Below are positions 19,048 through 29,264 of a stretch of 64,000 bases of DNA, piece after piece. This DNA comes from an uncultured Chloroflexia bacterium (GTDB taxonomy: Bacteria > Chloroflexota > Limnocylindria > QHBO01), in assembly GCA_963814375.1 (NCBI GenBank), contig CAWFCQ010000001.1, positions 22,043-86,042 of the forward strand, written 5' to 3'. The notes under the pieces are model-generated. The model was given only the letters and a program-made list of their open reading frames with translations, was not told the origin of the DNA and ran no database searches. Positions within the stretch are counted from its first letter, which is position 1; every line of letters starts with the position of its first letter. A program made the translations under genes and the position numbers.

Positions 19048-19134
19048 CTAGTTCGCTTTGGCCTCGGGCTTTGCCGCGCCCTTCTTCTTTTTCTTCTTTT
19101 CCTTGCTCTTCGAGCCGGGGCCCTTGTCACCCAT
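19048..19134 (-). CDS. 28-aa lysine-rich microprotein MGDKGPGSKSKEKKKKKKGAAKPEAKAN (not in ORF track)
   Basis: ATG..TAG in frame; AGGTG upstream; explains the local CTT-repeat tract. Confidence 0.6.
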   Translation of the reverse strand: MGDKGPGSKSKEKKKKKKGAAKPEAKAN

Positions 19135-19225
19135 GTCGCACCTATGCTTCAACGATTGGACCTTGTCCCGCCCAAGGCAGGCCGTCTCGTAATCGTGCGC
19201 CGCCGAGTCAACCCGATGTCCGTGC

Positions 19226-20266
19226 TCAGGCGGCCACGCTCAGCACGACCTTGCCGGCGACCTGACCCGATTCAAGGTGGCGCATCGCATCGGCCGCTTC
19301 GGCCAGCGGGAAGACGCTGTCGATGACCGGCGTGACCTTGCCCGTCTCGATCAGCTCATTGAGCGCGGCCAAGTCCTCCCCGCGTTCCGCGGCCGCGAGC
19401 ATCTTCAGGTTCTGGCGGACGAACGGTGACAGCCCCATCGCCCGGAAGTGGCGGTCGAAGCCACCCAGCCAGCGGTCGCCGCCCTCGCCACCGATGAGGA
19501 CGAGCGTCCCGTCCGGCTTCAGCGCCTTGCGGATGCGGCGCAGCGGCCGGCGGCCGGCGGTGTCGATGATCACGTCCCACTGCCTCCCGAGCCGGGTGAG
19601 GTCGTCCCGGCCGGTGTCGATGACATCGACCGCGCCGAGCGATCGGACGAGATCGTGCTTCGCGGCGCGTGCGGCGCCAGTCACCGTGCCGCCGAATGCG
19701 CTGGCGATCTGAACGGCGTACGAGCCGACCCCGCCACCCGCCCCGGTGACGAGCACCGACGTGCCCGGGCGGACCTTGCCCGAGTCGCGCACCGCCTGGA
19801 TGGCGGTCATGCCGGAGATCCCGACGGTGGCCGCCTGCTCGAAGGTGAGCCGCGATGGCTTCGGCAGGAGGTCGGTCGCGCTGGCCGCCGCGTACTCCGC
19901 GAACGCGCTGCGTCCCCAGCCGTACACCTCGTCGCCCGGCTGCAGCGTCGTCACGCCGGCACCGACAGCCTCGACGGTCCCGGCCAGATCTTGGCCGCGC
20001 ACCGCGACCTTGGGCCGTCGGAGGCCGTAGCCCATGACCCGCACCAGGTACGGATGCCCGGTCATGAGGTGCCAGTCCCCCCGGGCGATGCCGGCTGCGT
20101 GCACCCGGACCAGGACCTCGTCCTCTGCGATGGACGGACGGGCGACCTCGGCGAGGTGGAGGACATCCGCCCCGCCGTACTGGTCGTGAACGATGGCCTG
20201 CATGGTGGCCTCGCGCACGGTCGTCTTCGCCGCGCTCGAGGTGGTGACGGGTGCCTGGGCTGACAT
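19226..20266 (-). CDS. NAD(P)-dependent medium-chain dehydrogenase/reductase, copy 2
   Basis: MQAIVHDQYG, TGAGGGVGSYAVQIA and GKVVL motifs; AGGAGG RBS. Confidence 0.92.
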   Translation of the reverse strand: MSAQAPVTTSSAAKTTVREATMQAIVHDQYGGADVLHLAEVARPSIAEDEVLVRVHAAGIARGDWHLMTGHPYLVRVMGYGLRRPKVAVRGQDLAGTVEAVGAGVTTLQPGDEVYGWGRSAFAEYAAASATDLLPKPSRLTFEQAATVGISGMTAIQAVRDSGKVRPGTSVLVTGAGGGVGSYAVQIASAFGGTVTGAARAAKHDLVRSLGAVDVIDTGRDDLTRLGRQWDVIIDTAGRRPLRRIRKALKPDGTLVLIGGEGGDRWLGGFDRHFRAMGLSPFVRQNLKMLAAAERGEDLAALNELIETGKVTPVIDSVFPLAEAADAMRHLESGQVAGKVVLSVAA

Positions 20267-20292
20267 CGGGCTTTCCTCCTGGTGAATCCGGA

Positions 20293-20337
20293 CGTACAAT
20301 GTAAGCGTACGCCGTAAGCTAGGGCGTACGCCGTAAG
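20293..20337. promoter_or_regulatory. TetR operator sites CGTAC-N3-GTAAG (3 copies)
   Basis: Sites at 20293-20305, 20306-20318 and 20325-20337, followed by a reverse TTGACA as in locus 1. Confidence 0.72.
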
Positions 20338-20399
20338 TTTGTCAAGTGCTTTCCGAAAGATGGCTTACCCTGTACGTCGGACCGAGCGAGGATGAGTCG

Positions 20400-21077
20400 A
20401 TGGCCATCGCAACCACCACCGCGACCGAGGCGCGCCTGCCGCTGACGCGGGAGCGCGTGCTTCGCGCCGCCGTCGATCTCGCCGACAGGGAGGGGATCGG
20501 CGCGGTCAGCATGCGGAAGGTCGCGGCGGAGCTCGGAGTGGAGGCGATGTCCCTCTACAACCACGTGGCCAACAAGGAAGACGTCCTCGACGGCATGGTC
20601 GACATCGTCGTCGGCGAAATCGATCCGGCTGCCGAGGGCGCGGATTGGAAGACGGCCATTCGCGGGCGCATCCTATCGGCGCGTGAGGCCCTGCTGCGCC
20701 ACCCATGGGCATCGGCGGTGATGGCGTCGCGGGTGAACATGACCGGCACGGTGATGCGCTACATGGAATCGACGATGGCGCTCCTGCGCCAGGGCGGCTT
20801 CTCGGTCGACCTCACCCATCACGCGATCCACGTGCTGGGGAGCCGGATCTTCGGGTTCGCCCAGGAGCTCTACCCGGACTCCGAGGCGCTCGCCGAGAGT
20901 CCCAGCATCGCCATGATCGAGCAGATGGCGGCGGAGTTCCCGACCCTGGCCGAGCTGGCGGGCCAGGTCACGCACGAGGGAGCCACGGTCGGCATCGGCT
21001 GCGACAGCCAGCTCGAGTTCGAGTTCGGGCTCGACATCATGCTCGACGGCCTGGATCGGATGCGCGCCGGAGCCTAG
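20400..21077 (+). CDS. TetR/AcrR regulator (TetR_C type), copy 2
   Basis: VSMRKVAAELGVEAMSLYNHVANK; FEFGLDIMLDGL. Confidence 0.93.
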   Translation: MAIATTTATEARLPLTRERVLRAAVDLADREGIGAVSMRKVAAELGVEAMSLYNHVANKEDVLDGMVDIVVGEIDPAAEGADWKTAIRGRILSAREALLRHPWASAVMASRVNMTGTVMRYMESTMALLRQGGFSVDLTHHAIHVLGSRIFGFAQELYPDSEALAESPSIAMIEQMAAEFPTLAELAGQVTHEGATVGIGCDSQLEFEFGLDIMLDGLDRMRAGA

Positions 21078-21095
21078 CGGTCGCTGGCTACGCCT

Positions 21096-22022
21096 TCAGG
21101 CGGCCAGGTCGGACTCACGCACGGGACCGCCCTCCTCCGCGCCTCCGAAGGCGCCGATGTAGACGCCGGCCAGCATGATCGCGCCACCGACGAGCAGCGC
21201 CGGCGTCAGCTCCTCCCCGGTGAGGATGGCGGAGTAGACGAGCGTCACCAGCGGCTGGAGGAGCAGGACGTACGAGACCGCGGAGGCGGTCCATCGGCCG
21301 AGCAGGAACACGTACAGGCCGAAGACGCCCAGCGAGCCACCGATGACGAGGAAAGCCATCGCCACCCAGGTGTCGGACTGGCTCGGCGCCTGCCATGCGT
21401 CGCCGGCCAGGGCCGAGAGCACGAGGAGCAGCGCTCCGCCGGTCAGCATGCCCACCGCGTTGCTCGCGATCGGGTGGGATCGCGGGGTGAGCTTCAGCAC
21501 CACGCCGGACTCTGCCAGGAAGGCGGCGCCCGCCATCACGGCGAGCAGCGAGGCCAGCGGGACGTCAGCGTCGATCCGGTCGCTTACCAGGAACACGAGC
21601 CCGCCCAACGCGATGACCATGCCGAGGAGGGCGCGAAGGCTGAACCGCTCCAGCCCGTGAGCGACGGCGAAGAGGAGCGTGAACAGTGGGGCGAGGGCGA
21701 TGATGACCTGGCCCGTTCCCGGCGGTGTTTCCTGGAACCCCCAGAAGAGGAAGGAGAAGGCGGCGAAGAAGCCGAGCACGCCATAGATCAGCGATCCGAC
21801 CAGGGCGCGGCCGTGCGGGATCGGGACACGGAGGACGGCCATGATCAGGGCGAACAGCGCCCCGGCCGTGATGAAGCGCGCCGCCGCCGCCCATAGCGGG
21901 TCGAGGTCGTCCACCGCCACCGCGACCCCCACCGGGTTCCCGCCGCCGATCAGCGCGATGAGCACGAAGACGACCGCGTTGATGCGCTGGTCTCCCGAGG
22001 CGGCTCGGACTCGATTCACCAC
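21096..22022 (-). CDS. EamA/DMT-family transporter
   Basis: About 10 TM helices arranged as two EamA repeats. Confidence 0.9.
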   Translation of the reverse strand: MVNRVRAASGDQRINAVVFVLIALIGGGNPVGVAVAVDDLDPLWAAAARFITAGALFALIMAVLRVPIPHGRALVGSLIYGVLGFFAAFSFLFWGFQETPPGTGQVIIALAPLFTLLFAVAHGLERFSLRALLGMVIALGGLVFLVSDRIDADVPLASLLAVMAGAAFLAESGVVLKLTPRSHPIASNAVGMLTGGALLLVLSALAGDAWQAPSQSDTWVAMAFLVIGGSLGVFGLYVFLLGRWTASAVSYVLLLQPLVTLVYSAILTGEELTPALLVGGAIMLAGVYIGAFGGAEEGGPVRESDLAA

Positions 22023-22147
22023 GAAGCTACGCTAGACCATCGAGGCGAACGGTCCGAGCGAGAGGTTGACACTTCCCGCTTCGGGCGCACGATGCTCATG
22101 TCCGTGGGTGCCCGGCGGACGATCGTTCAGATTGCTGTGCGGAGGGC

Positions 22148-23731
22148 ATGCGCGTGGCCACGACATCGGAGGCGACCCGAGCTGAGCTGCCGATCATCCT
22201 GATCCGGGGATTCGGTGGGCTGGGGGTGGACGACGAGAAGAAGCTGGCCTATTACGGCTTCAACGACGGAACCGTGTACCACCAGAAGAAGGGGGAGAAC
22301 TACATCTACGAGGGCATGGTCCTCCGCTTCATGAAGTCGGCGTTTCGCTACCAGGACGCCACCAACGTCATCGGCTTCTACAACAAGCCCGGCGAGGAGC
22401 GGGCGATCGACCAGGAGTTGCTTGACGCCCAGTTCCCGACCGAGTTCTTCATCGGTGACAAGATCGTCGTCGACCCGGCGATGGCGATCGCGCTGCGCAA
22501 GAACCCCGAGCCGAACCGCACGCTGTGGGTCTTCCGCTACTACGACCTCGACGACCGCAACTTCGAGCAGTACGGGTTGGCGCTCAAGCGCCTGATCGAG
22601 CTGGTTCGCGCCCTCGTCACCGCGAAGACCGGGGACCCGAGGCCGAAGGTCAACATCATCGCCCACTCGATGGGCGGGCTCATCGTCCGCGAGGCGCTCC
22701 AGGTGGCCTACGCCCCCGGCGAGGCACCCGAGGCCGTCAACAAGGTCGTGACGCTCGGCACGCCGCACAAGGGGATCGCGTTCCAGCGGTTGACCAGCCT
22801 GAAGTGGCTACCCTTCCTCGAGGCCGGCAGCGAGATCGAGCGCTTCAACCCCGACAAGCAGGCCGATCCTGCCAATCCCGCGGGCTACCTGAACCTTGCC
22901 AAGGCCTTCCCATTGGATCGTCTGCTCACCGTCATCGGCACGAACTACCGGACCTTCGAGGTGGCGCCGGCCACGTTCCTCAATCGGCTCTTCTCGGTCG
23001 ACGGCGAGTTCGGGATGAACTACAACCGCAGCGACGGGCTGGTGAAGGTCGATCACGCCGAGATCCCGGGCGCGCCACGCGCCTTCGTGAACAAATGCCA
23101 CGGGGGACCCGACTCGCTCATCACTTCGCGCGAGGCATTCGAGATCGCGACCCGCTTCTTCCACGGCGACATCCACGCCAACCTGCGCCTGGTCGACGCC
23201 GAGATCAGCAAGGGCGGCGACTTCCTCGGCAAGAGCGAGTACTTCATCGGCGTCTCGCTCAAGCCGAGGGGCGTCGACTTCGACCTCTTCCACCAGAGCA
23301 AGGAGGCCGAGAACTGCTACGGGCCGTTCCACAGCCACAAGCTCGATGATCCGGAGGTCCGTTTCGACTGGATCGGGGAGGACCGTAGCCGGCGGATGCT
23401 GTGGGAGGGCTGGCTCGACTCGGGGCAGCGGCCGGCCGGCACCGAGGACCTCGTCATGCGGCTCGAGGTGTACTGCGGCGAGCGCGACCTGTTCGGCATC
23501 GGCTTCAGCGACAACCTCATCTATCACGGTCACTGCTTCGTGCAGGCCACGCTCGAGGGTGGTCTGCGCCTCGCGAAGCACACCACCGAGCGCTTCACCG
23601 ATGCCGGCCAGGCGCTCGAGCAGACCGATGACCAGACCTGGCTGCTGCCGATCCAGGACGAGGGCTTCAAGGCGACCTTCGGCATCCAGCTCAGCTTCGT
23701 CCCGGACGAGGGCGCCACGACCCTCGTTTAG
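22148..23731 (+). CDS. lipase/esterase (PGAP1-like alpha/beta hydrolase) with C-terminal beta domain
   Basis: IRGFGG, AHSMGG nucleophile elbow, TLGTPHKG, SDGLV and CHGG; GGAGG RBS; TTGACA at 22066. Confidence 0.85.
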   Translation: MRVATTSEATRAELPIILIRGFGGLGVDDEKKLAYYGFNDGTVYHQKKGENYIYEGMVLRFMKSAFRYQDATNVIGFYNKPGEERAIDQELLDAQFPTEFFIGDKIVVDPAMAIALRKNPEPNRTLWVFRYYDLDDRNFEQYGLALKRLIELVRALVTAKTGDPRPKVNIIAHSMGGLIVREALQVAYAPGEAPEAVNKVVTLGTPHKGIAFQRLTSLKWLPFLEAGSEIERFNPDKQADPANPAGYLNLAKAFPLDRLLTVIGTNYRTFEVAPATFLNRLFSVDGEFGMNYNRSDGLVKVDHAEIPGAPRAFVNKCHGGPDSLITSREAFEIATRFFHGDIHANLRLVDAEISKGGDFLGKSEYFIGVSLKPRGVDFDLFHQSKEAENCYGPFHSHKLDDPEVRFDWIGEDRSRRMLWEGWLDSGQRPAGTEDLVMRLEVYCGERDLFGIGFSDNLIYHGHCFVQATLEGGLRLAKHTTERFTDAGQALEQTDDQTWLLPIQDEGFKATFGIQLSFVPDEGATTLV

Positions 23732-23751
23732 CCGCCGACGCGGGCTCGGCG

Positions 23752-24159
23752 TCAGAAGTCGCGACGGCCGGCGAAGTGGTCACCGACCTCCGGTCGGCTC
23801 AGCTGGTAGATCGCGATTCGATGGCCGCCGGGCGTGGTGAACGAGCAGACTGGACCGTGCGGGATCTCGAGGCGGTGCCCGCGCTTCCAGCCCCGAGATT
23901 CGAGCTCGGTAATCGCGTCCTCGATGTCCGCGACGCGGTAGACGAGCACCGGCTGCTCGCCTTGGAGGTGCCCGGCCAGCAGGATGCGGGGTGGGGCATC
24001 GGTCAGCTCGACCATGGCGACGCGCGTGCCCATGCCGTCGACCGCGAACACGAGCCGCGCGCCGAGGGTCTCGGTGAAGTAGCGGACGTCCTCCGCGACA
24101 TCCCGGCTGGGTGTGTAGATGAAGTCGAGCTGCTCGAGCGGTCCCCGGCGGTCGTCCAT
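23752..24159 (-). CDS. VOC/glyoxalase-family protein
   Basis: YRVADIEDAI and EIPHGPVCSFTTPGGHRIAIYQ. Confidence 0.85.
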   Translation of the reverse strand: MDDRRGPLEQLDFIYTPSRDVAEDVRYFTETLGARLVFAVDGMGTRVAMVELTDAPPRILLAGHLQGEQPVLVYRVADIEDAITELESRGWKRGHRLEIPHGPVCSFTTPGGHRIAIYQLSRPEVGDHFAGRRDF

Positions 24160-24162
24160 CGG

Positions 24163-25347
24163 CTAGGTCCGGCGGGCGGCCTCCATCGCGGATGCGAACC
24201 GACCGATGCCGGCGTCGACCATCTCGTCCGAGGCAGTCAGGCTGATCCTGAACCAGCCGGGGACCTCGACCACGGTGCCGGGCAGGACGAGGACCTTGTG
24301 CTCGGCCAGGATCTCGGCGAAGGCGAAGTCATCGGCGATCGGCGAGCGGGCCATGGTGTAGAAGGTGCCCTCCGGCATCGACGCCTCGTAGCCCATCTCG
24401 CGCAGGGCCGGCACCAGGCGATCGCGTCGCCGCTCGAGCGCGCCGACGTCGATGCTCAGCTTCTCGAGATCGTGGAGCGAGTGCTGGAGCAGCGCGTTCG
24501 GGAAGGCGTAGCCGGTGGCGACCTGCTGGATCAGGACCTCTTCGCGGAGCGCCTCGCGATCCGGCGCCGTCGGCGGGACGGTCAGGTAGCCGATGCGCTG
24601 GCCCGGCGCCAGCAGGGTCTTGCCGTAGGAGTAGGTCACGATCGTGTGCGGGTGGAACTCCGCCGGGCTGTGGAACTCGAGACCGTCGAACACGATCCGG
24701 TTGTACGGCTCGTCGCTGATGATCCAGATCGGATGACCGATGCGCGCCTCGGCATCGGCCAGCAGCGTGGCCAGGGCCGCGAGCGCCTCCGCCGGGTAGA
24801 CGCGGCCGGACGGGTTGTGCGGGCTGTTGACGAGGACCGCCCTGGTGCGCGGTCCGATCGCTGCGCCGATGCGGTCGAGATCGAGGTCGAAGGCGGGTGG
24901 CTCGAGCTTGACGCGCACCGGCTCGCCGCCGGCTGCCAGGGTCAGCAGCTCGTAGAAGAACCAGGGCGGCGAGAGGAAGATCAGCTCGTCGCCGGGATCG
25001 AGGATCGTCCGCATCGCGACGGCGATCGCCGCGAAGCCGCCGTTCGTCATCGCCACGTCGCGAGGGTCCCAGTCCATGCCGGTCCGGGCGGTCAGCGTAT
25101 CGGCCACGATCCGCTGCGACTCCGGCTCGCTGAGCTTGTAGGCGAACCAGTCCTTGTTCTGCGGCTCGAGGTTGTTGCGCAGCGCCGCAACGTAGTCCGG
25201 GAGCGGCATCTCCTGCGGGTTGCCGACCGCGAAGTTGGCGATGCCCGGCTCGGTGTTGAGGCGGCTGAATGCTCCGGTGAAGAACGACAGGAAGGGCACC
25301 ATGCTCTGGTGCAGCCGCTCTCGCTGGGTGGCGGCGACGGTTGTCAT
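24163..25347 (-). CDS. class I/II PLP-dependent aminotransferase
   Basis: VNSPHNPSG, SDEPY and SYGKTLLAPGQRIGY (PLP lysine). Confidence 0.93.
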   Translation of the reverse strand: MTTVAATQRERLHQSMVPFLSFFTGAFSRLNTEPGIANFAVGNPQEMPLPDYVAALRNNLEPQNKDWFAYKLSEPESQRIVADTLTARTGMDWDPRDVAMTNGGFAAIAVAMRTILDPGDELIFLSPPWFFYELLTLAAGGEPVRVKLEPPAFDLDLDRIGAAIGPRTRAVLVNSPHNPSGRVYPAEALAALATLLADAEARIGHPIWIISDEPYNRIVFDGLEFHSPAEFHPHTIVTYSYGKTLLAPGQRIGYLTVPPTAPDREALREEVLIQQVATGYAFPNALLQHSLHDLEKLSIDVGALERRRDRLVPALREMGYEASMPEGTFYTMARSPIADDFAFAEILAEHKVLVLPGTVVEVPGWFRISLTASDEMVDAGIGRFASAMEAARRT

Positions 25348-25474
25348 CTCGGCTCCTCGGCGGGTTCGGCCAAGCATCGGGCCGAATACGCGCGGCCGCA
25401 TCGGCCGAATGTCGCACTCCGCCTTGCGCGCGCCCCGGAGAATGGGGATCGGAGTGCGTGTCGGAGGGCGAGCA

Positions 25475-26526
25475 ATGCGGTACGGGATCATTGCCGAGAG
25501 CGCGGTCGAGCGCATCGGGCTGGCGTCCGGCCAGGTGCCGACGCCGATGCTCGAGCCGTACGGGGCGGGCTTCGGACGAGCGTTGATGGTGGCGACGAAG
25601 ATCGGCCTCTTCGAGGCGCTGGACAAGGCGCCGCTCACCGCGGAGGAGGTCGCGGGCCGATGCGACGTCGACGCTCGCGGGGTCGGAGAAGCTGATGAAC
25701 CTCCTGGTCGGCATGCGTTACCTGCGTCGTGGAAGCGACGCTCGCTACGACCTCACGAAGCTGTCGCGTCGCTGGATCCTGGGTGACGCCCCGAGCTCGG
25801 TGCGCGACATGGTCCTCATGAAGTTCCTCGAGTGGGAGTGGATCGAGGGTCTCGAGGGATTCGTCAGGACCGGGGACCCCCTCGACGTCCACGCCGCCAT
25901 GAGCGCCGAGCAATGGGGCCTCTATCAGCGAGGCATGCGGGCGCAGGCAGGCCTGCTCGGAAGCTGGCTCGCCCGGCGGCTGCCGATGCCTCCCGACGCT
26001 CGGCGCATGCTCGACATCGGCGGATCACACGGATATCTATCCGTCGCGCTCTGTCGTCGATACCCGGAGCTGTCCGCCGAGGTCCTCGATCTGCCTGAAG
26101 CCGTCGAGCAGGCGGCGCCGATTCTGGCCGCGGAGGGGATGGGCGATCGCGTGGTGCATCGGGCCGGCGATGCCCTCACCGACGACCTCGGCACGGACTC
26201 GGTACGACCTCATCCTCGCCTTCAGCCTGGTTCACCACTTCGACGCCGATGCGAATCGGGCCTTCACCGCCCGCTGCGCGCGGGCCCTCCGGCCGGGCGG
26301 CATCTTCGTGATCGGCGATCAGATGCGTCCGGCTCAGCCGTCGAAGGCCAGCTCCCAGGACCTCTTCTTCGACCTCTACTTCGCCCTCACGAGTCGGTCC
26401 GGGCTGTGGAGCACCGAGGAGATGTCGGCATGGCAGCGCAGCGCGGGGCTTCGCCCACGCAAGCCGATGCGGCTGATCCCGGGCGGACAGGGGCCGGTGC
26501 TCCAGGTCGGCGAGCGCATCCAATGA
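25475..26526 (+). CDS. SAM-dependent O-methyltransferase with dimerisation domain (frameshifts near 25690 and 26200)
   Basis: GLFEAL wHTH, LDIGGSHG and YDLILAFSLVHHF...LRPGG motifs spread over three frames. Confidence 0.82.
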
Positions 26527-26879
26527 GCTCGGACGTCGACGCCTACCTCGCGAAGCTGCCGGCAGACCAGCGCGAGCTCCTCCAGCGAATGCGCGAGCGG
26601 ATCGCCCGCCTCGTGCCCGATGCGGAGCAGGCCATCAGCTACGGCATGCCCGCCTTCAAGCTGGGCGGCCGCTTCCTCGTCTCGTACGCGGGGTGGAAGA
26701 AGCACTGCAGCATCTATCCGCTGACCGATGCGTTCCACGCCGCCCATGCCGATGAGCTGACGGGCTTCGACAAGACGAAGGGCAGCCTGCACTTCACGCC
26801 GGCATCGCCGATTCCGGACGCGCTGCTCGACCGTCTCATCCTGGACCTCGTCGCGGATCGCGAGGCCAGCGGTCGATAG
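26523..26879 (+). CDS. DUF1801 (YdhG-like) protein
   Basis: VDAYLAKLP, ISYGMPAF and KGSLHF motifs. Confidence 0.88.
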   Translation: MSSDVDAYLAKLPADQRELLQRMRERIARLVPDAEQAISYGMPAFKLGGRFLVSYAGWKKHCSIYPLTDAFHAAHADELTGFDKTKGSLHFTPASPIPDALLDRLILDLVADREASGR

Positions 26880-26900
26880 GCGAGGATAGCCTCAGGCGTT

Positions 26901-26995
26901 ACCGAGGCGAGTGCTCAAGGTGAGAGGCAAGTTCGAGCATGGCGCCGAATCCGTCGCGGATTCATCGGTTCGGAAGGGACGAACCCCGGCGCGGC
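26901..26995 (+). repeat. degraded copy of the 3' end of the PhnB-like gene (27520-27605)
   Basis: ACCGAGGCGA.TGCTCAAGGTGA..GGCAAGTTCGA...GGGACGAACCCCGGC present at both places. Confidence 0.75.
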
Positions 26996-27029
26996 CCTGC
27001 TGCTCAGTTGATTGCCCATGCTGGTAAAT

Positions 27030-27612
27030 CGGGCGCCACGCTGTGATGCGCCGCGATGAAGCCGTGGCAGTTCCTGAAGAGTCCTCAGGCGCCGCGATTG
27101 CCGAGAGCGACTCCCATGAAGACCTTGGCGTCCGATGCTGTGGTTCGACGACCAGGACGATGCAGCCGCGCTGGCTACGTATCGATCTTCCCATCGCCGA
27201 GCTCGGCGAGACGACGTGTACGGCCCGGAGGACCCCTGACGCCGGCGAAGGTCATGACCGTCGACGTGCGCCATCGACGGGCAGCGGTTCGTCGCGCTGA
27301 ACGGCGGGTCGGACTCCACGTTCCACGAGCTCCGTCTCGATCGTGGTGCCGGCGAGTCGCAGGACGAGGCCGACCGCTACTGGGATGCGCTCGTCGATGG
27401 CGGCGAGGAGTCCTACTGCGGCTGGCTGAAGGACCGATACGGCCTGCAGCTGGCAGCTTGCCCCGGATCGCGCTCGACCGGATGATGGCCGATCCCGACC
27501 GGTGAAGTCGCGGCGCGTCACCGAGGCGATGCTCAAGGTGAAGGGCAAGTTCGACATCGCCGAGCTTCGCGACGCGTTCGAGGGACGAACCCCGGCCGGC
27601 ACCCGCAGCTAG
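27030..27612 (+). pseudogene. PhnB/3-demethylubiquinone-MTase-like VOC gene, heavily frameshifted
   Basis: Fragments YVSIFP, KVMTV, GQRFVALNG, DEADRYWDALVDGGEESYCGWLKDRYG and VTEAMLKVKGKFDIAEL across frames. Confidence 0.7.
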
Positions 27613-27620
27613 TCAGACCG

Positions 27621-29241
27621 CTGAACGCCGATCTCGCCTTTCTCGGCGCGAGCGTCGAGCCGATCGTGCCGCGCACCGCATCGGCCAGGGCGGTCGCGGT
27701 GCGGGACGGGCGCATCACCGCGGTCGGGACCGCTCAGCAGGTGCGTGACCAGATCGGCTCCGGCACGCGCGTCGTCGAGCTCGACGGTCAGACGCTGCTC
27801 CCGGGATTCCAGGATGCCCACGTCCACCCGATCGACGGCGGGCTGCTGGGGGACCTGGTCGACCTCCATCCGCTGCCCGGGGTCACTGCCTACATCGCGG
27901 TGATCGCGCGTTACGCCGCCGTGCAGCTCGGACCGTGCATGGATCGTGGGCGGTGGCTGGTCGCTTCCCGCCTTCCCGCGCGGCGAGCCCAGCCGCGAGC
28001 TGCTCGATCGAGTTGGTGCCCGATCGGCCGGCGATCCTCGACAGCGACGACGGCCACGTCGCCTGGGTCAACTCGCGCGCCCTCGAGATCGCGGGTATCA
28101 CCGCCGCAACGGATGACCCGCCCGGCGGCCGGATCGCGCGCGACGCGAACGGCGAGCCGGCCGGCGCGCTCGTCGATCAGGCGATCGGCCTCGTGGCCGG
28201 CCACGTCCCGCAGCCGACCCACGATGATCTGGTCACGGGTCTGCGGCGGGGGCAGGCGGAGCTGCATCGGCTCGGGATCACCGCCTGGCAGGACGCGAAC
28301 GTCGGACCCGAGCGGCTGGCCGTCTATCACGAAGCGGCATCGGCCGGATGGCTGACCGCGCGGGTCGTTGCCGCGCTGTGGTGGCGGCGCGATGCTGAGC
28401 TCGAGCAGATCGACTGAGTTCGAGGAGCAGCGAGCGTCGGTCCAGGAGCACGACGGAAGGCTGCGAGCGTCCAGCGTCAAGCTCATGCTCGACGGGATCC
28501 TCGAAGCGCGCACGGCGTTCATGACCAGCCCGTACGCCGCCGGAGGCGGCGGAATTGGCGAACCGTTCATCGATCCCGAGCTCCTGGTCGAGGCGGTGAC
28601 CGAGCTCGACCGGCGAGGCTTCCAGGCGCACTTTCACGCCATCGGCGACGGCGCGATGTCGCCTCGCGCTCGATGCTGTCGCGGCGGCACGCGACCGCAA
28701 TGGGCCCTCCGACGCGCGCCACCACATCGCCCATCTCGAGGTGGTCAACCCGGCCGACATCGGACGCTTCGGCGAGCTCGGCGTGACGGCCAACATCCAG
28801 CCGTTCTGGGCGTCGGATGACGTCCAGATGCGGGAGCTTCGCCTCCCGGTGCTCGGACCGGAACGGGCGGGCTGGCAGTACCCATTCGCGAGCCTGCGAC
28901 GGGCGGGCGCGCGTCTGGCGGGCGGCAGCGACTGGACGGTCTCGACCGCGAACCCGCTGCTCGAGATCGAGGTGGCGACGCGGCGGGTGGCGCCGGAGAC
29001 GCGCGACGTCGATCCATTCCTCCCGGACGAGCGTCTGACGCTCGACGAGGCGCTCGAGGCGTTCACGCTCGGCAGCGCCTTCGTCAACCACCTGGACTCG
29101 GTGACCGGGTCGATCGAGGTCGGGAAGCAGGCAGATCTCGTCGCGCTCGATCGCGATCTCCGGGCTCCGGATGCCGGGCCGATCGGTGACGCGGCAGTCA
29201 GGGCGACCTGGGTGGCCGGCGAGCAGGTATTCGGCGACTGA
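27621..29241 (+). CDS. YtcJ-like metal-dependent amidohydrolase (several apparent frameshifts)
   Basis: PGFQDAHVH, DGHVAWVNS, VKLMLDG, HFHAIGD, HIAHLE and GGSDW motifs. Confidence 0.85.
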
Positions 29242-29264
29242 GCCTCACCGGCCGTTCGCGGGCC

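Noticed and set aside
23776-25695. Long antisense and alternate-frame ORFs (also 59131-61020, 51908-53407, 13167-14327 and similar)
   Set aside because: Arg/Pro/Ala-rich shadow ORFs expected at about 70% GC, overlapping well-supported genes.
25695-26879. Methyltransferase-DUF1801 fusion ORF
   Set aside because: An indel near 26200 joins two separate genes; the methyltransferase C-terminus lies in another frame and ends at 26526.
28415-28417. In-frame TGA in the amidohydrolase as possible selenocysteine or readthrough
   Set aside because: The coding sequence continues in a different frame (one extra base), so it is an indel rather than recoding.
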